Shown piece after piece: positions 1-9,738 of a stretch of DNA of 64,000 nucleotides. The stretch lies in contig CBDDPY010000002.1 in the NCBI GenBank assembly GCA_965232515.1, positions 5,888,001 to 5,952,000 on the forward strand. The letters are read 5' to 3'. Both the position numbers and the translations under genes were made by a program. The stretch comes from Alphaproteobacteria bacterium. GTDB lineage: Bacteria; Pseudomonadota; Alphaproteobacteria; GCA-2731375. Position 1 is the stretch's first letter; each line of letters opens with the position of its first letter. The notes under the pieces are model-generated. The model made no database searches, was not told where the DNA came from, and saw only the letters and a list, made by a program, of their open reading frames with translations.

Positions 1-2
1 CC

Positions 3-779
3 AAGCAGCGCAATGGCGCTGCCAACGGCCATCACGGCACGAACGGCCACCGCCACGTCAACGGCATCAAAGCCGTCAACGGCGGCGCGAACGGGCATGC
101 CAACGGCCACGCGAACGGCACGGCGAACGGGCACCAGCGCGAGCGCGCCTACGTGGTCTGCGGGCGGCCGCTGCCCGGTCATCGGGTCGAGGTGCGTGGC
201 ACCGACGGCAGCCGTCTGCCGGACCGCCAGATCGGCCGTGTTTTCGTGCAGGGCCCGAGCGTCATGGCCGGTTATTTCGACGATCCCGACGGCACCGCCG
301 AAGTGCTCGACAATAAGGGATGGTTGAACACCGGCGATATGGGCTACCTGATCGACGGCGATCTGGTGGTCACGGGGCGCAGCAAGGACCTGATCATCCT
401 GAACGGCCGCAACATCTGGCCGCAGGACGTGGAGTGGGCGGTCGAGCAGCTGCCGACCGTGCGTACCGGCGACGTGGCCGCGTTTTCCATTGCCGACGAC
501 CTGGTTGGCGAGGCCGTTGTCGTCGCCGTGCAATGCCGGGTGACTGAACCGGAAGCCCGGCGCGCGCTGCAGCGCGAAATATCGGCCGTGGTGCGGATTT
601 CGGCCGGCGTCGATTGCACCGTGGTTTTGGTGCCGCCGCATGGTCTGCCGCACACCTCGTCGGGCAAGCTCAGCCGGACACAGACCCGTTCGAATTACCT
701 CGCCGGCGAATACGACGCGCCCGCCGTGATCCGTCGCGACCCGGCCGAGAGAGCCCCGGCGGCCATCGCCGGGAAATAG
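3..779 (+). CDS. Fatty acyl-AMP ligase / acyl-ACP synthetase (5' truncated by window)
   Basis: Frame open from window start into ORF 153..779; ANL-family motifs GWLNTGDMG, VTGRSKDLII and LPHTSSGKL; adjacent to ACP and SPT. Confidence 0.88.
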   Translation, partial: KQRNGAANGHHGTNGHRHVNGIKAVNGGANGHANGHANGTANGHQRERAYVVCGRPLPGHRVEVRGTDGSRLPDRQIGRVFVQGPSVMAGYFDDPDGTAEVLDNKGWLNTGDMGYLIDGDLVVTGRSKDLIILNGRNIWPQDVEWAVEQLPTVRTGDVAAFSIADDLVGEAVVVAVQCRVTEPEARRALQREISAVVRISAGVDCTVVLVPPHGLPHTSSGKLSRTQTRSNYLAGEYDAPAVIRRDPAERAPAAIAGK

Positions 780-794
780 CTTCTCGCGGCGACG

Positions 795-1769
795 ATGCCG
801 CCAGACCCGATATCACCAGTTGATCCGACGCCCGGTCTCGTCGCCGTGACAGGGGCAGGCGGATTCGTCGGCGGTCATATCGTTCGGCATCTGACCGCCG
901 CCGGCTGGCGGGTACGCGCCCTGCAGCGGCGTAGCCCGGCGCCGGACGGACTGACCGGCCTGTCAACGATCGTGGGATCGCTGCACGACCGTGCCAGCCT
1001 CGAGACGTTGGTCGACGGAGTCGACGCGGTGGTGCACTGCGCCGGGCTGGTCGCCGCCCGCCGCCGGCGGGACTTTTTCGACACCAATGTCGGCGGTACC
1101 CGCGCTCTTGTCGAAACGGCCGTCGCCCGGTCGAAGCCACCAAAATTCGTCCTGGTCTCGTCGATGGCCGCGCGCCTGCCGGCGATCTCGGCCTATGCCG
1201 AGAGCAAGCGCGCGGCGGAACGGGTATTGGCCGATCGCGCTGGGGACATGGCCTGGACCGTGCTGCGGCCATCGGCCGTCTATGGGCCGGGCGATCGCGC
1301 GACATTGAGCCTGTTCCGCGCCTTTGCGCGGGGTTTCGCGCCGTCGCCAACCGTCGCGGGCGCCCGGTTCTCGCTGATTTTCGCGGACGATGTGGCGACT
1401 GGCGTGCTCGTCCTGCTGCGGTCCGACGCGCCGGTCGGCGAGGTGTTCGAAATGGACGACGGACACGCCCATGGATATTCCTGGCCGCAGATCGCGGCCG
1501 TTGCCGAATCCCAACTCGGCCGCCGGGTCAGGCGTCTGCCCATGCACCGCGGTGTAACCTTGCTGGCGGCATACGTCATCGAAGGTTTGACCAAGGCCAC
1601 GGGCCGGGTTTCTGTCTTCGCGCCGGATAAGGTCCGCGAGATGTTCCATCCGGACTGGGTCTGCCGCGATCAGCGCCTCGGCCGCCTAACGGGTTGGCGT
1701 CCGGCGGTGGGTATCGCGGAAGGTTTCGAGCGAACGTTCGACTGGTATCGGGCTCAGGGCTGGCTTTAG
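795..1769 (+). CDS. cerR: NAD-dependent epimerase/dehydratase family protein, probable ceramide reductase
   Basis: Rossmann VTGAGGFVG and YAESK catalytic motif; position between acyl ligase and acp-spt matches the Caulobacter sphingolipid locus (symbol assigned by synteny). Confidence 0.7.
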   Translation: MPPDPISPVDPTPGLVAVTGAGGFVGGHIVRHLTAAGWRVRALQRRSPAPDGLTGLSTIVGSLHDRASLETLVDGVDAVVHCAGLVAARRRRDFFDTNVGGTRALVETAVARSKPPKFVLVSSMAARLPAISAYAESKRAAERVLADRAGDMAWTVLRPSAVYGPGDRATLSLFRAFARGFAPSPTVAGARFSLIFADDVATGVLVLLRSDAPVGEVFEMDDGHAHGYSWPQIAAVAESQLGRRVRRLPMHRGVTLLAAYVIEGLTKATGRVSVFAPDKVREMFHPDWVCRDQRLGRLTGWRPAVGIAEGFERTFDWYRAQGWL

Positions 1770-1837
1770 TCCGTGCCGGGTATGGATTTTTTGCGACAGG
1801 TGGCTTATTGCACGAACGCAACCAACGATTATCCCAG

Positions 1838-2089
1838 ATGACGATCGACCGAGATCAGATATTCGCCGACCTGCGGCAGCGTCTTGAGGCCTTCAACAAG
1901 GCCGGCCTCACGCTGACGGAATCGACCGACATCGCGGCCGATCTCAGCATCGACTCGGTCGCCGTCATGGACCTGATCATGGAGATCGAAGACAAATACG
2001 ACATCTCCATCCCCATGAATGCCTTATCCGAAATGCGCACGATCGGCGACCTCGTCCAGGCCATCGTCGCCTCAATCGAAGGCAGCTAA
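1838..2089 (+). CDS. Acyl carrier protein (SPT-dedicated)
   Basis: 83-aa acidic protein with IDSVAVMDL phosphopantetheine site; ATG at 1838. Confidence 0.9.
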   Translation: MTIDRDQIFADLRQRLEAFNKAGLTLTESTDIAADLSIDSVAVMDLIMEIEDKYDISIPMNALSEMRTIGDLVQAIVASIEGS

Positions 2090-2093
2090 CCCC

Positions 2094-3311
2094 ATGGATC
2101 TACTAGACAAGTTCGACGGCGTTGCCGAACTGCACGCCGAAATCGCGGCGGCTGGAGAATTCCCGTTCGGCCTGTGCATGGAGCGGGTGCTGTCGGCCAC
2201 CGAGGCGGTCGTCGGCGGGCGCAAGGTCATCCTGGCCGGCACCAACAACTATCTCGGCCTGACCTTCGATCCGGACTGCGTGGCCGCAGCAGCGGCGGCG
2301 GTGCGGGAACACGGTACCGGCACGACCGGCTCGCGCGTCGCCAATGGCACCTATGCCGGCCATCTGGAGTTGAGCCGCGATCTCGCCGCCTTCCTCGGCC
2401 GACGCACGGCGATCGTGTTCACGACGGGCTACCAGGCCGTGCTGGGCGCGTTGTCGGGGTTAGCGGGTCCGGACGACGTCATCCTGCTCGACGCCGATGC
2501 GCATGCCAGCATGTATGACGGCTGCCGGCTCAGCGGCGCCACGGTGATCCGCTTCCGGCACAACGACGCGGGCGATCTGGATCGGCGGCTGAAGCGCCTC
2601 GACAATCCGAACTCGAACAAGCTGATCGTCGTCGAGGGTCTCTACAGCATGCTGGGCGACCAGGCGCCGCTGGCCGAAATCGCCGAGGTCAAGCGCCGGC
2701 ACAACGCCTATCTGATGGTCGACGAGGCCCATTCGCTCGGCATCTACGGCCAGAACCGCCGGGGCGTGGCCGAGGCCGCCGGCGTCGAGGCCGATGTCGA
2801 TTTCGTCGTCGGCACGTTCAGCAAGAGTCTCGGCGCCATCGGAGGCTTCTGCGCCTCCGACCATCCGAAGTTCGAGTTTCTGCAGTTCGGTACGCGGGCC
2901 TACATGTTCACCGCCTCGCTGTCGCCGTCGAACGTCGCCTCCGTCACCGCGGCATTGGAGAAGATCCGCGCGACGCCGGCGCTGACCGAACAATTGTGGA
3001 AGAACGCGCGGCATCTGCACGATGGCTTGGGTCGGCTCGGCTTCGACCTCTGCGCCGACGTCGGTCCCGTTGTTGCCGTGAAGATGCCTGACCGCGAAAC
3101 CGCCGTCGAGATGTGGAACCGCCTGCTGCAGGCTGGCGTCTACGTCAATCTGGCGATCCCCCCGGGCACGCCGGGCGGTCTGGCGCTGCTGCGCTGCAGC
3201 CTGTCGGCCGGTCACAGCGAGACCCAGATTGCGCAGATCATCGACATGTTCGCGCGCGCCGACGCCGACATGCGGTCGGGACCTCAACGGGCCGCCGGCA
3301 CCGGGGACTGA
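2094..3311 (+). CDS. spt: Serine palmitoyltransferase (alpha-oxoamine synthase)
   Basis: GTNNYLGL, GTTGSRVANG, DEAHS and GTFSKS (PLP lysine) motifs; directly downstream of ACP. Confidence 0.88.
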   Translation: MDLLDKFDGVAELHAEIAAAGEFPFGLCMERVLSATEAVVGGRKVILAGTNNYLGLTFDPDCVAAAAAAVREHGTGTTGSRVANGTYAGHLELSRDLAAFLGRRTAIVFTTGYQAVLGALSGLAGPDDVILLDADAHASMYDGCRLSGATVIRFRHNDAGDLDRRLKRLDNPNSNKLIVVEGLYSMLGDQAPLAEIAEVKRRHNAYLMVDEAHSLGIYGQNRRGVAEAAGVEADVDFVVGTFSKSLGAIGGFCASDHPKFEFLQFGTRAYMFTASLSPSNVASVTAALEKIRATPALTEQLWKNARHLHDGLGRLGFDLCADVGPVVAVKMPDRETAVEMWNRLLQAGVYVNLAIPPGTPGGLALLRCSLSAGHSETQIAQIIDMFARADADMRSGPQRAAGTGD

Positions 3312-4205
3312 TCAGCGAAAGCCGCCGCGTCGATAGAGCCGATAGGCAAGCACCGGCGCGGCCAGGATCGGATGCCGGCGCTGCCACGGCGTCGGCGTCA
3401 GCGTTGCCCCGGAATGGCGGCCAATCTTCCAAAGGATATAGTCGAGACCGTCGGTAAAGGTGAAAGCCGCCTTGAGCAGGCGCAGCATCGATAACAGCTT
3501 GCCGCTGACCCGCCGCCCGCGCCACCGCCATCGCGCGCGCCGGGCGGACCACTTTGCGGGACTGCCTGCAACCGCGGCGGTTAGCGCGTCGTAGCGTTCG
3601 CGATTGGCGAGGTAGAGGTCGCGGCCGCGCTGCGACTGCTCGGCTCTGAGCTCACTGCGATAGCTCTCGGTAAAGGCACGGGTCCAGAGCGCCTCGGAAC
3701 CGGACTGCGGCGGCAATAGCGGCCGCGTCTCGCCCATCATTGTGGCCGCGGCATTGGCGACGGCCTGCTCGATCCGGGCCGTCACGGCATCGTCGCGCGC
3801 GAATGCCAAGGCGCAGGGCTGGGCAAAGCGCGCCCAGAATGTCGGCTGGAAGGCGGCACTTGATGTGCCATGCTCGAACGCCGCAAGCGACATGACCGCG
3901 TACTTCAGCCGTACCGTCCGGTTCTGAAACGCCACCTCCAGATAGAACACGTTGGGCGGCAGGATGGTGTTCAGGATCGCGGCCAGATGGCTTGCATAGA
4001 CGTCGCGATATCGATCGACCAACACGTAGAAATCGAGAATGCGATCGTCCCGCCAGCCGTCGCGTAGGCAGGAACCGTAATAGAGAATGGCGTTGATCGA
4101 CTCGCCATGCCGCTTGCGCATGGCGTCGGCGGCCGCCAGCACCGCCGGCTCGACGGGCTGTCGAAGCTCCCTCGCAATGCGTTCGCGATGGGGGGCGTTC
4201 AGCAT
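3312..4205 (-). CDS. cpgC: Nucleotidyltransferase-fold protein, CpgC-like (putative ceramide-phosphate cytidylyltransferase)
   Basis: LYYGSCLR...LDFYVLVD nucleotidyltransferase signature and PPNVFY; lies between spt and the lipid kinase as in Caulobacter (symbol by synteny). Confidence 0.62.
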   Translation of the reverse strand: MLNAPHRERIARELRQPVEPAVLAAADAMRKRHGESINAILYYGSCLRDGWRDDRILDFYVLVDRYRDVYASHLAAILNTILPPNVFYLEVAFQNRTVRLKYAVMSLAAFEHGTSSAAFQPTFWARFAQPCALAFARDDAVTARIEQAVANAAATMMGETRPLLPPQSGSEALWTRAFTESYRSELRAEQSQRGRDLYLANRERYDALTAAVAGSPAKWSARRARWRWRGRRVSGKLLSMLRLLKAAFTFTDGLDYILWKIGRHSGATLTPTPWQRRHPILAAPVLAYRLYRRGGFR

Positions 4206-5143
4206 GGTTGGAAACGAATTTCAGGTCCGCTGCTCAGACGCACGGGCTGCCCCGGTGTCGCCTCGAACAGCTCGCCATCCAGCGTGTAGGGGCAGGCCAT
4301 GTCGAGCAGCACGTCGTCGACATTGACGCTGACGTAGTCGTCCGGCGGCAGAGTCCGCGCCTCGCCCCCATAGAGGAAAGCCGGCAGCCGGCGCCACATC
4401 TGCCCGGGCGGATAACGCAGGGCGGTGTAGCGCAAACCGCCGGCGCCACTGCCCCAAAACGGACGAGTGCGCATGACCAGCCGGTTCAGCGTGGTCACCA
4501 GAACGATCAGGTAGGTGCCGCATTGCGGTGCCGCGCCGTCGAGGCCCACGGAAACCCTGTCGCCGCGAAACACCTTGTCCTCCGTCCCGCGCCGCCAGAT
4601 CCGCGTTGCCAGCAGGCCCGCCAGCGCAGCGCCGGCCGCGGTCGAGGATTCCAGTTTCAACGGATGCACCGCCCGACGGCAGTATTCGATGCCGCGAACG
4701 ATGGCCGCGGTGCCGAAGAACATGCCGTAGATCGGCGCCTCGCCGTCGCGTTGCAGCCGAATGACGCGCCGACTGGCGGTCGTCGGTCGGCGACCCGACA
4801 GCAAACGTCGAAGCGCCGTCGTGGGGCGCCGCGGGGCGCCAATATCGTGGGCAATCATGTTGGTCATGCCGCCTGGCAGCACGGCGAGCGTCGGCAGCTG
4901 CCCGAATATGCCGTCATTCAGCAGCGTGGTGATGACGGCCTGCACCGTGCCGTCGCCGCCGTTGATCACGATCAGGTCGACGCCTTTGCCGGCGAAGGCT
5001 GTCAGTGCCTGCCGCAGCCCGTCGATGCCGTTCAGTTCGGCATGGGCGATCTCCGGATGCGCGGCGAGTTGCGTTCGCAGTCTTGACAGGCCCGTTCGAT
5101 TTCGCTGGCTGGCCCGGTTGCTGATCACGCCGATCTTGCTCAT
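4199..5143 (-). CDS. cpgB: Diacylglycerol/ceramide kinase family protein, CpgB-like
   Basis: INGGDGTV, LPGGMTNMIA and YTLDGE DAGK motifs; start MSKIG overlaps lptG stop. Confidence 0.72.
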   Translation of the reverse strand: MSKIGVISNRASQRNRTGLSRLRTQLAAHPEIAHAELNGIDGLRQALTAFAGKGVDLIVINGGDGTVQAVITTLLNDGIFGQLPTLAVLPGGMTNMIAHDIGAPRRPTTALRRLLSGRRPTTASRRVIRLQRDGEAPIYGMFFGTAAIVRGIEYCRRAVHPLKLESSTAAGAALAGLLATRIWRRGTEDKVFRGDRVSVGLDGAAPQCGTYLIVLVTTLNRLVMRTRPFWGSGAGGLRYTALRYPPGQMWRRLPAFLYGGEARTLPPDDYVSVNVDDVLLDMACPYTLDGELFEATPGQPVRLSSGPEIRFQPC

Positions 5144-6222
5144 GCCCCTGCCGGCCGGTTGGGCCGCCGCCGCTCGAACTGCACGGCGATCGAGGCGCCG
5201 ACCAGCGCCAGCGCCACCGGCGGCGCCCATCCCGCGACGGCCGCCGGCAGCAGACCGGCCTCGCCCACCGTCAGTGTCAGGCCTTCGAAGACGAAGTAGA
5301 GGAACCCGATGCCGATGCCGGCAATCATCGGCAGTGCCATGCCGCCTTGACGTTGGAAGCGTTGCGCCAGCGGCACCGCCAGGAAAATCAGCAACAGCGT
5401 CGCGACCGGCGCCGCCGCGCGGCGGTGCAGCCAGGTGCTGTAGACGTAGTCCGGCCGGCTGGCCGCCGCGTTCTCCAGGAGGGCCCGCATCTCGGCGAAC
5501 GACAGCTCGTTCGGTTGCGCCGACAGGATGGCCATGCGTTCCGGCTCCAGACGGCTCTGCCATTCCAGGGATTCCGCCGATGTCACGCCGCCGTCAGCAA
5601 CGTTGAGCCTTTGCACAGACCGCAAGGTCCAGACCCCGTCGGCGTAAGTTGCGCTATCGGCGCTGAGACGCGCGCGCAGTCGGTCTTCGCCGTCGCGCTC
5701 GAAGACGGTGACGCCGGCAAGGCGCGTGCCGTCCGCGGCGATGTGCCGGATACGCACGATCTGATTGCCATCGCGTAGCCAGGTCATGATCGTCGATCCG
5801 GCCTCGCCGTATTCGCCGACGCCCCAGGCACGCAAGGCGCCGGTGGCCGACGGCACTGCCTGATCTTCGAGCCAGAACTGCGGCAGCGCCGCCAGCAATG
5901 CCGCCGGCAGCAGCGCCAGAGCCAGGCGTCCCTGCGACAGGCCGGCCGAGATCATGGCGACCAGCTCGTGATGGCGAACCAGAAACGACAGCGTCAGCAG
6001 CGCCGCCAACAGCGCCGACAGCGGCAGCAGGTCGGCGGCGATCAACGGCAGGCGAAGGCCGGCGTAGCGCAACAATCCATTCGACGTCGATTGCGCCGCG
6101 TCGATCACGTCGTCGGCGTTCGCCAACAGATCGAGCAGCATGATCAGCGCCGTCAGGCCGGCGAGCAAAAGCAGAAACCGGCCAAGGAACAGGCGCGCCA
6201 GATAACGGTCGAGGATCCGCAT
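5140..6222 (-). CDS. lptG: LptG-family permease (second copy, putative sphingolipid export)
   Basis: MRILDRYLAR start, ELVAMISAGLS motif, three TM helices + periplasmic domain + three TM helices. Confidence 0.85.
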   Translation of the reverse strand: MRILDRYLARLFLGRFLLLLAGLTALIMLLDLLANADDVIDAAQSTSNGLLRYAGLRLPLIAADLLPLSALLAALLTLSFLVRHHELVAMISAGLSQGRLALALLPAALLAALPQFWLEDQAVPSATGALRAWGVGEYGEAGSTIMTWLRDGNQIVRIRHIAADGTRLAGVTVFERDGEDRLRARLSADSATYADGVWTLRSVQRLNVADGGVTSAESLEWQSRLEPERMAILSAQPNELSFAEMRALLENAAASRPDYVYSTWLHRRAAAPVATLLLIFLAVPLAQRFQRQGGMALPMIAGIGIGFLYFVFEGLTLTVGEAGLLPAAVAGWAPPVALALVGASIAVQFERRRPNRPAGA

Positions 6223-7406
6223 TACGTTTCTGCACGCCGGCCGATAATCGTGGTGCGCAACCGCTCCCCAAGGTCGGCAAGCGTATTCACCGCGCGGCCC
6301 AGCGGATCGGCGCCAACGCCAAAACAGGCTCTGAAGAACGTATAGCTGCTGACGGCGACGAAAATCAGGAATGTTGGCCAGATGCCAAGCCAAACCGAAA
6401 GCTGGCCGCGTTCGGCCAGCGATTCTCCGAGCTGCAGGCACTTGTGGTAGACGACCAGGATCACGAGTCCCAGCACAATGCCGTAGCCACGTTCGACCCT
6501 GCCGCTGACCAGGCCCAACGGCACCGCCAGGAACGGCAGCACAAGGATCGACAGGATGCGCACCAACCGCGCATGCAGCTCGGCCGTCGCCACGTCGGTG
6601 TCGATGCCGGGCGGCGGCGCCGCGCGCGAGCGCCAGAGCTCGGCCAGGGTCAATTCCCGCTCGTCGCCGCCGCGCGTCCGGAACGCGGCCTGCCCGTCTT
6701 CGCCGATGGGCCAGCGAAAGCTGTCGAAGCCGACGACGCCGTCGAGGGCGCCGTCGCTGCCGATGCTGACGCGTTCGCCGCGGTCGAGGTAGAGCACGCT
6801 GCGCAGGTCCTCGACGCCGGTCGTCAGACCGCCTTCGTCGGCGATCGTCACCACGCTGTCGCCGTCCGACTTGGCCTCGTGCACGAAGATCCTGCGCAGC
6901 CGGCTGCCGTCGGCGCTGGCCTCCTCGGTCATGAAGGTCAGGCCGTCGGTCTGCACGAAGGCGCCGCTCTGAACGGCCGCGCGCAGCGACTCGTGGGTCG
7001 CGTTGTAGACCAGCGCCCGGTAGGCGTAGCGGCCATAAGGCTGAAGCTGGCCAAAGATCAGCGTGGCAAGGGCCGTCAGCGCCAGAGCCAGGCCGAAGAC
7101 CGGCAGCGCCAGTCGGTGCAGGCCGACGCCTGATGCCTGCAAGCTGGCGATTTCGCTATCGCGGCTCAGGCGATTGAAGGCCAGCAGGATGCCGATGAAG
7201 AAGGCGGCCGGCAGCGCCAGCCCGAGATAGTGCGGCACCAGATTGATCACCATCTCGAACATGAACTGGAAGGCGCGTTCGGAATTGACGGTGATCTCGA
7301 GCAGCCGCAGCAACCGTTCCAGGATCATCGCCGCCAGCGAAATCGCGATCGCCGCCAGCAGCGGCGTGAGCGTGTTTCGCAGCACGTACCGACTGAGGAT
7401 GGACAT
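6222..7406 (-). CDS. lptF: LptF-family permease (second copy)
   Basis: MSILSRYVLR start, RLSRDSEIASLQASGVG motif; coupled to lptG. Confidence 0.85.
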   Translation of the reverse strand: MSILSRYVLRNTLTPLLAAIAISLAAMILERLLRLLEITVNSERAFQFMFEMVINLVPHYLGLALPAAFFIGILLAFNRLSRDSEIASLQASGVGLHRLALPVFGLALALTALATLIFGQLQPYGRYAYRALVYNATHESLRAAVQSGAFVQTDGLTFMTEEASADGSRLRRIFVHEAKSDGDSVVTIADEGGLTTGVEDLRSVLYLDRGERVSIGSDGALDGVVGFDSFRWPIGEDGQAAFRTRGGDERELTLAELWRSRAAPPPGIDTDVATAELHARLVRILSILVLPFLAVPLGLVSGRVERGYGIVLGLVILVVYHKCLQLGESLAERGQLSVWLGIWPTFLIFVAVSSYTFFRACFGVGADPLGRAVNTLADLGERLRTTIIGRRAET

Positions 7407-7417
7407 CGGCAAGACGG

Positions 7418-8812
7418 TCAAGCGGACGTCCCGGCGGGTTCCGGCGCCACCGACGGCGTGCGCCCCGCCAGCAGGCGAACCGTCGCGATCGTGCTGACGA
7501 TCAGGGTTGCCGTTGCCGCGCCCACCATCGCGATGCCGCCACCGACGGTGCCCAGCAGATGCAGGAGCAGCAGAAAGCCTGGAAAGTAGAGCAGCGTCAC
7601 ACAAACGTTGATCCGCAACGGGATGTCCGGCCGCCCCAGCACGAACATCGCCGGATCCAGGGCGAATCCGCCCAGGCCGAGCGCGGCGCCCAGCACCAGC
7701 AGGATCATCACCGGATAGGCCTCGAGGAACGCCGAGCCGACGGTCAGTGTCAGGATTGGCTGGCCCAGCAGCGCGGTCAGCAGCACAACGCCCGTGGCGC
7801 CGGCGGCGGTCACCAGTCCGGCGCGGCGCACGATGCCGCCGATCCTGGCGCTGTCGCCGCTGCTGGCGAGTTTCGCCAGCTCCGGATAGACGGTCTGGTT
7901 CAGCAGGGCCGTCGGTTTGACCAGCAGGTTCGCGAACTCGGCGGCGATCTTGAAGATGCCGGCCGCCGCGGGGCCGAGGACCCAGCCGACCGCCAGTGTC
8001 GTGGCGTGGGTCTTGACCAGCGCCAGAGTGGTGTGCAGGTTGCTGGTCCAAATGAACCGCCAGAGGCCGGGGTGCGGTGCGATCAGGCCGCGTAGGCGCG
8101 GTCGGAAGCCGGCCAACATCCGTTGCCGTGCCAGCTCGCGCCAGGCATACGCCATCAGCGACAGATTCGCGGCGAGGCTCGCGACGAACCAGGTCAGCAG
8201 AAAGGCCCACAGGCCCGCGCCGGATGCGAAGGCCAATACCACACCTGTCAGCCGGACAGTCGGTGAAACGAGCTGGATGTTGGCCAGCAGGTCGAAGCGG
8301 TCGAACAGTCGTAGCACGCCGTTGGGCACGGCCCGCAGCATGAACAGCGCCAGTACGGCATAGAGCTGTGCCATCGCGACAACGTCAGGACCCAGACCCA
8401 GTTGCGGGCCGACCCAAGGCATGGCGGTGACGGCGATCGCCGCGCCGATGGCCGAGCTGCCGACATCGAGCCACAGCGAAAAGGTCAACAGGCCCTGCAG
8501 GTCGGTTCGGCGCTCGGGCGCCAGGCAATCGGCGCCATAGCGGACGACGGCCTGCCAGGACTGGAACGAGGTGACCCGGCTGATCACCACGACATAGGCG
8601 TGGACCAGCACCAGCGCGCCGAAGGTTTCCGGACCCAGCGCCTTGGCCGCCAGCGCGAGATAGGCGAGACCCATCAAGGCCGCGACGGCGCGACGGCTCA
8701 ACAGCAGTCCGGCATTGGAGAAGATGCGCCGGAACAGGCTGTCCTCGAACCAGCGGAAGATGCCGCCGAACGCCGGCGCCGCCGGGCGCCGGCCGGAACT
8801 GCCCTGTGCCAT
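7418..8812 (-). CDS. Wzx/MOP-family polysaccharide or lipid flippase
   Basis: About 12 hydrophobic segments; ALGPETFG and LGPAAAGIFKIA motifs; start uncertain (8812 or 8875). Confidence 0.75.
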   Translation of the reverse strand: MAQGSSGRRPAAPAFGGIFRWFEDSLFRRIFSNAGLLLSRRAVAALMGLAYLALAAKALGPETFGALVLVHAYVVVISRVTSFQSWQAVVRYGADCLAPERRTDLQGLLTFSLWLDVGSSAIGAAIAVTAMPWVGPQLGLGPDVVAMAQLYAVLALFMLRAVPNGVLRLFDRFDLLANIQLVSPTVRLTGVVLAFASGAGLWAFLLTWFVASLAANLSLMAYAWRELARQRMLAGFRPRLRGLIAPHPGLWRFIWTSNLHTTLALVKTHATTLAVGWVLGPAAAGIFKIAAEFANLLVKPTALLNQTVYPELAKLASSGDSARIGGIVRRAGLVTAAGATGVVLLTALLGQPILTLTVGSAFLEAYPVMILLVLGAALGLGGFALDPAMFVLGRPDIPLRINVCVTLLYFPGFLLLLHLLGTVGGGIAMVGAATATLIVSTIATVRLLAGRTPSVAPEPAGTSA

Positions 8813-8967
8813 ACGCGATCGTGATCCTGGCCTTAATGCAGGGCTTGTGTAGCGCACCCGGTTCGCCGCGCACAAGTCCGCCGGCGGTTGCGCCGTGGGC
8901 CGCGCATGGGTAGGTTGGCCGGCTGACGGGCGCGGAAATTCGCGCCGGAGATGGAACCGACTGCTTC

Positions 8968-9714
8968 GTGATCTTCAGATCGAAACTCTGGGACGGCCGC
9001 AAGCACTATCTCGACAAGATGAGCTTGCGGGATCTGGTCCGCGCCTACGTCGCCTATCCGGCCATCCGGGCCTATGCGCTGCTGGCGGTGCTGTCGGGCG
9101 GGATCGCCATCTATTCGGCGTCGAACCCCTGGCCCGTGCTGATCGCGGTCGTCGCGGCCGGGCTGATCTACGCGCCGGTCTGGTATCTGCTGCACCGGTT
9201 CGTGCTGCACGGCCGCTTCCTTTACCGCTCGTCACGGACGGCGGCGATCTGGAAGCGGGTGCATTTCGACCATCATCAGGACCCGAACGACCTCGGCGTG
9301 CTGTTTGGCGCGCTCTACACCACGCTGCCGACCATCGTCGTCGTGACTTTGCCGCTGGGCTGGCTGATTGGCGGCCTCGCCGGCAGCATGGCGGCGCTTT
9401 CTTCGGCGCTGGCCGTCACCTGCTTCTACGAGTTTTGCCACTGCATTCAGCATCTGGCCTACACACCCAAATCGGCCTTTCTGCGACGGATCAAGAAGCT
9501 GCATCTGGCGCATCATTTCCACAACGAGACCGGTAATTTCGGCATCACCAACTTCGCCTGTGACCGGCTGCTCGGCACGTTTTATCCGCATCCGCGCCAA
9601 GTGCCGCGCAGCGCTACCGTCTTCGACCTTGGCTACAACGGCGACGAGATCGAGAAGTTTCCCTGGGTCGCCCGGATGAGCGCACCGGCCGCGAAGCAGG
9701 CCGGCGGGGACTAG
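8968..9714 (+). CDS. Fatty acid hydroxylase / sterol desaturase family protein
   Basis: His boxes HRFVLH, HFDHH, HCIQH and HLAHH. Confidence 0.88.
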   Translation: MIFRSKLWDGRKHYLDKMSLRDLVRAYVAYPAIRAYALLAVLSGGIAIYSASNPWPVLIAVVAAGLIYAPVWYLLHRFVLHGRFLYRSSRTAAIWKRVHFDHHQDPNDLGVLFGALYTTLPTIVVVTLPLGWLIGGLAGSMAALSSALAVTCFYEFCHCIQHLAYTPKSAFLRRIKKLHLAHHFHNETGNFGITNFACDRLLGTFYPHPRQVPRSATVFDLGYNGDEIEKFPWVARMSAPAAKQAGGD

Positions 9715-9738
9715 CTTCCCATCGCCGCGACGGCTGCC

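Noticed and set aside
2094-3311. Alternative call BioF/KBL
   Set aside because: ACP-coupled context and ceramide-pathway neighbours favour SPT; no bio or tdh genes nearby
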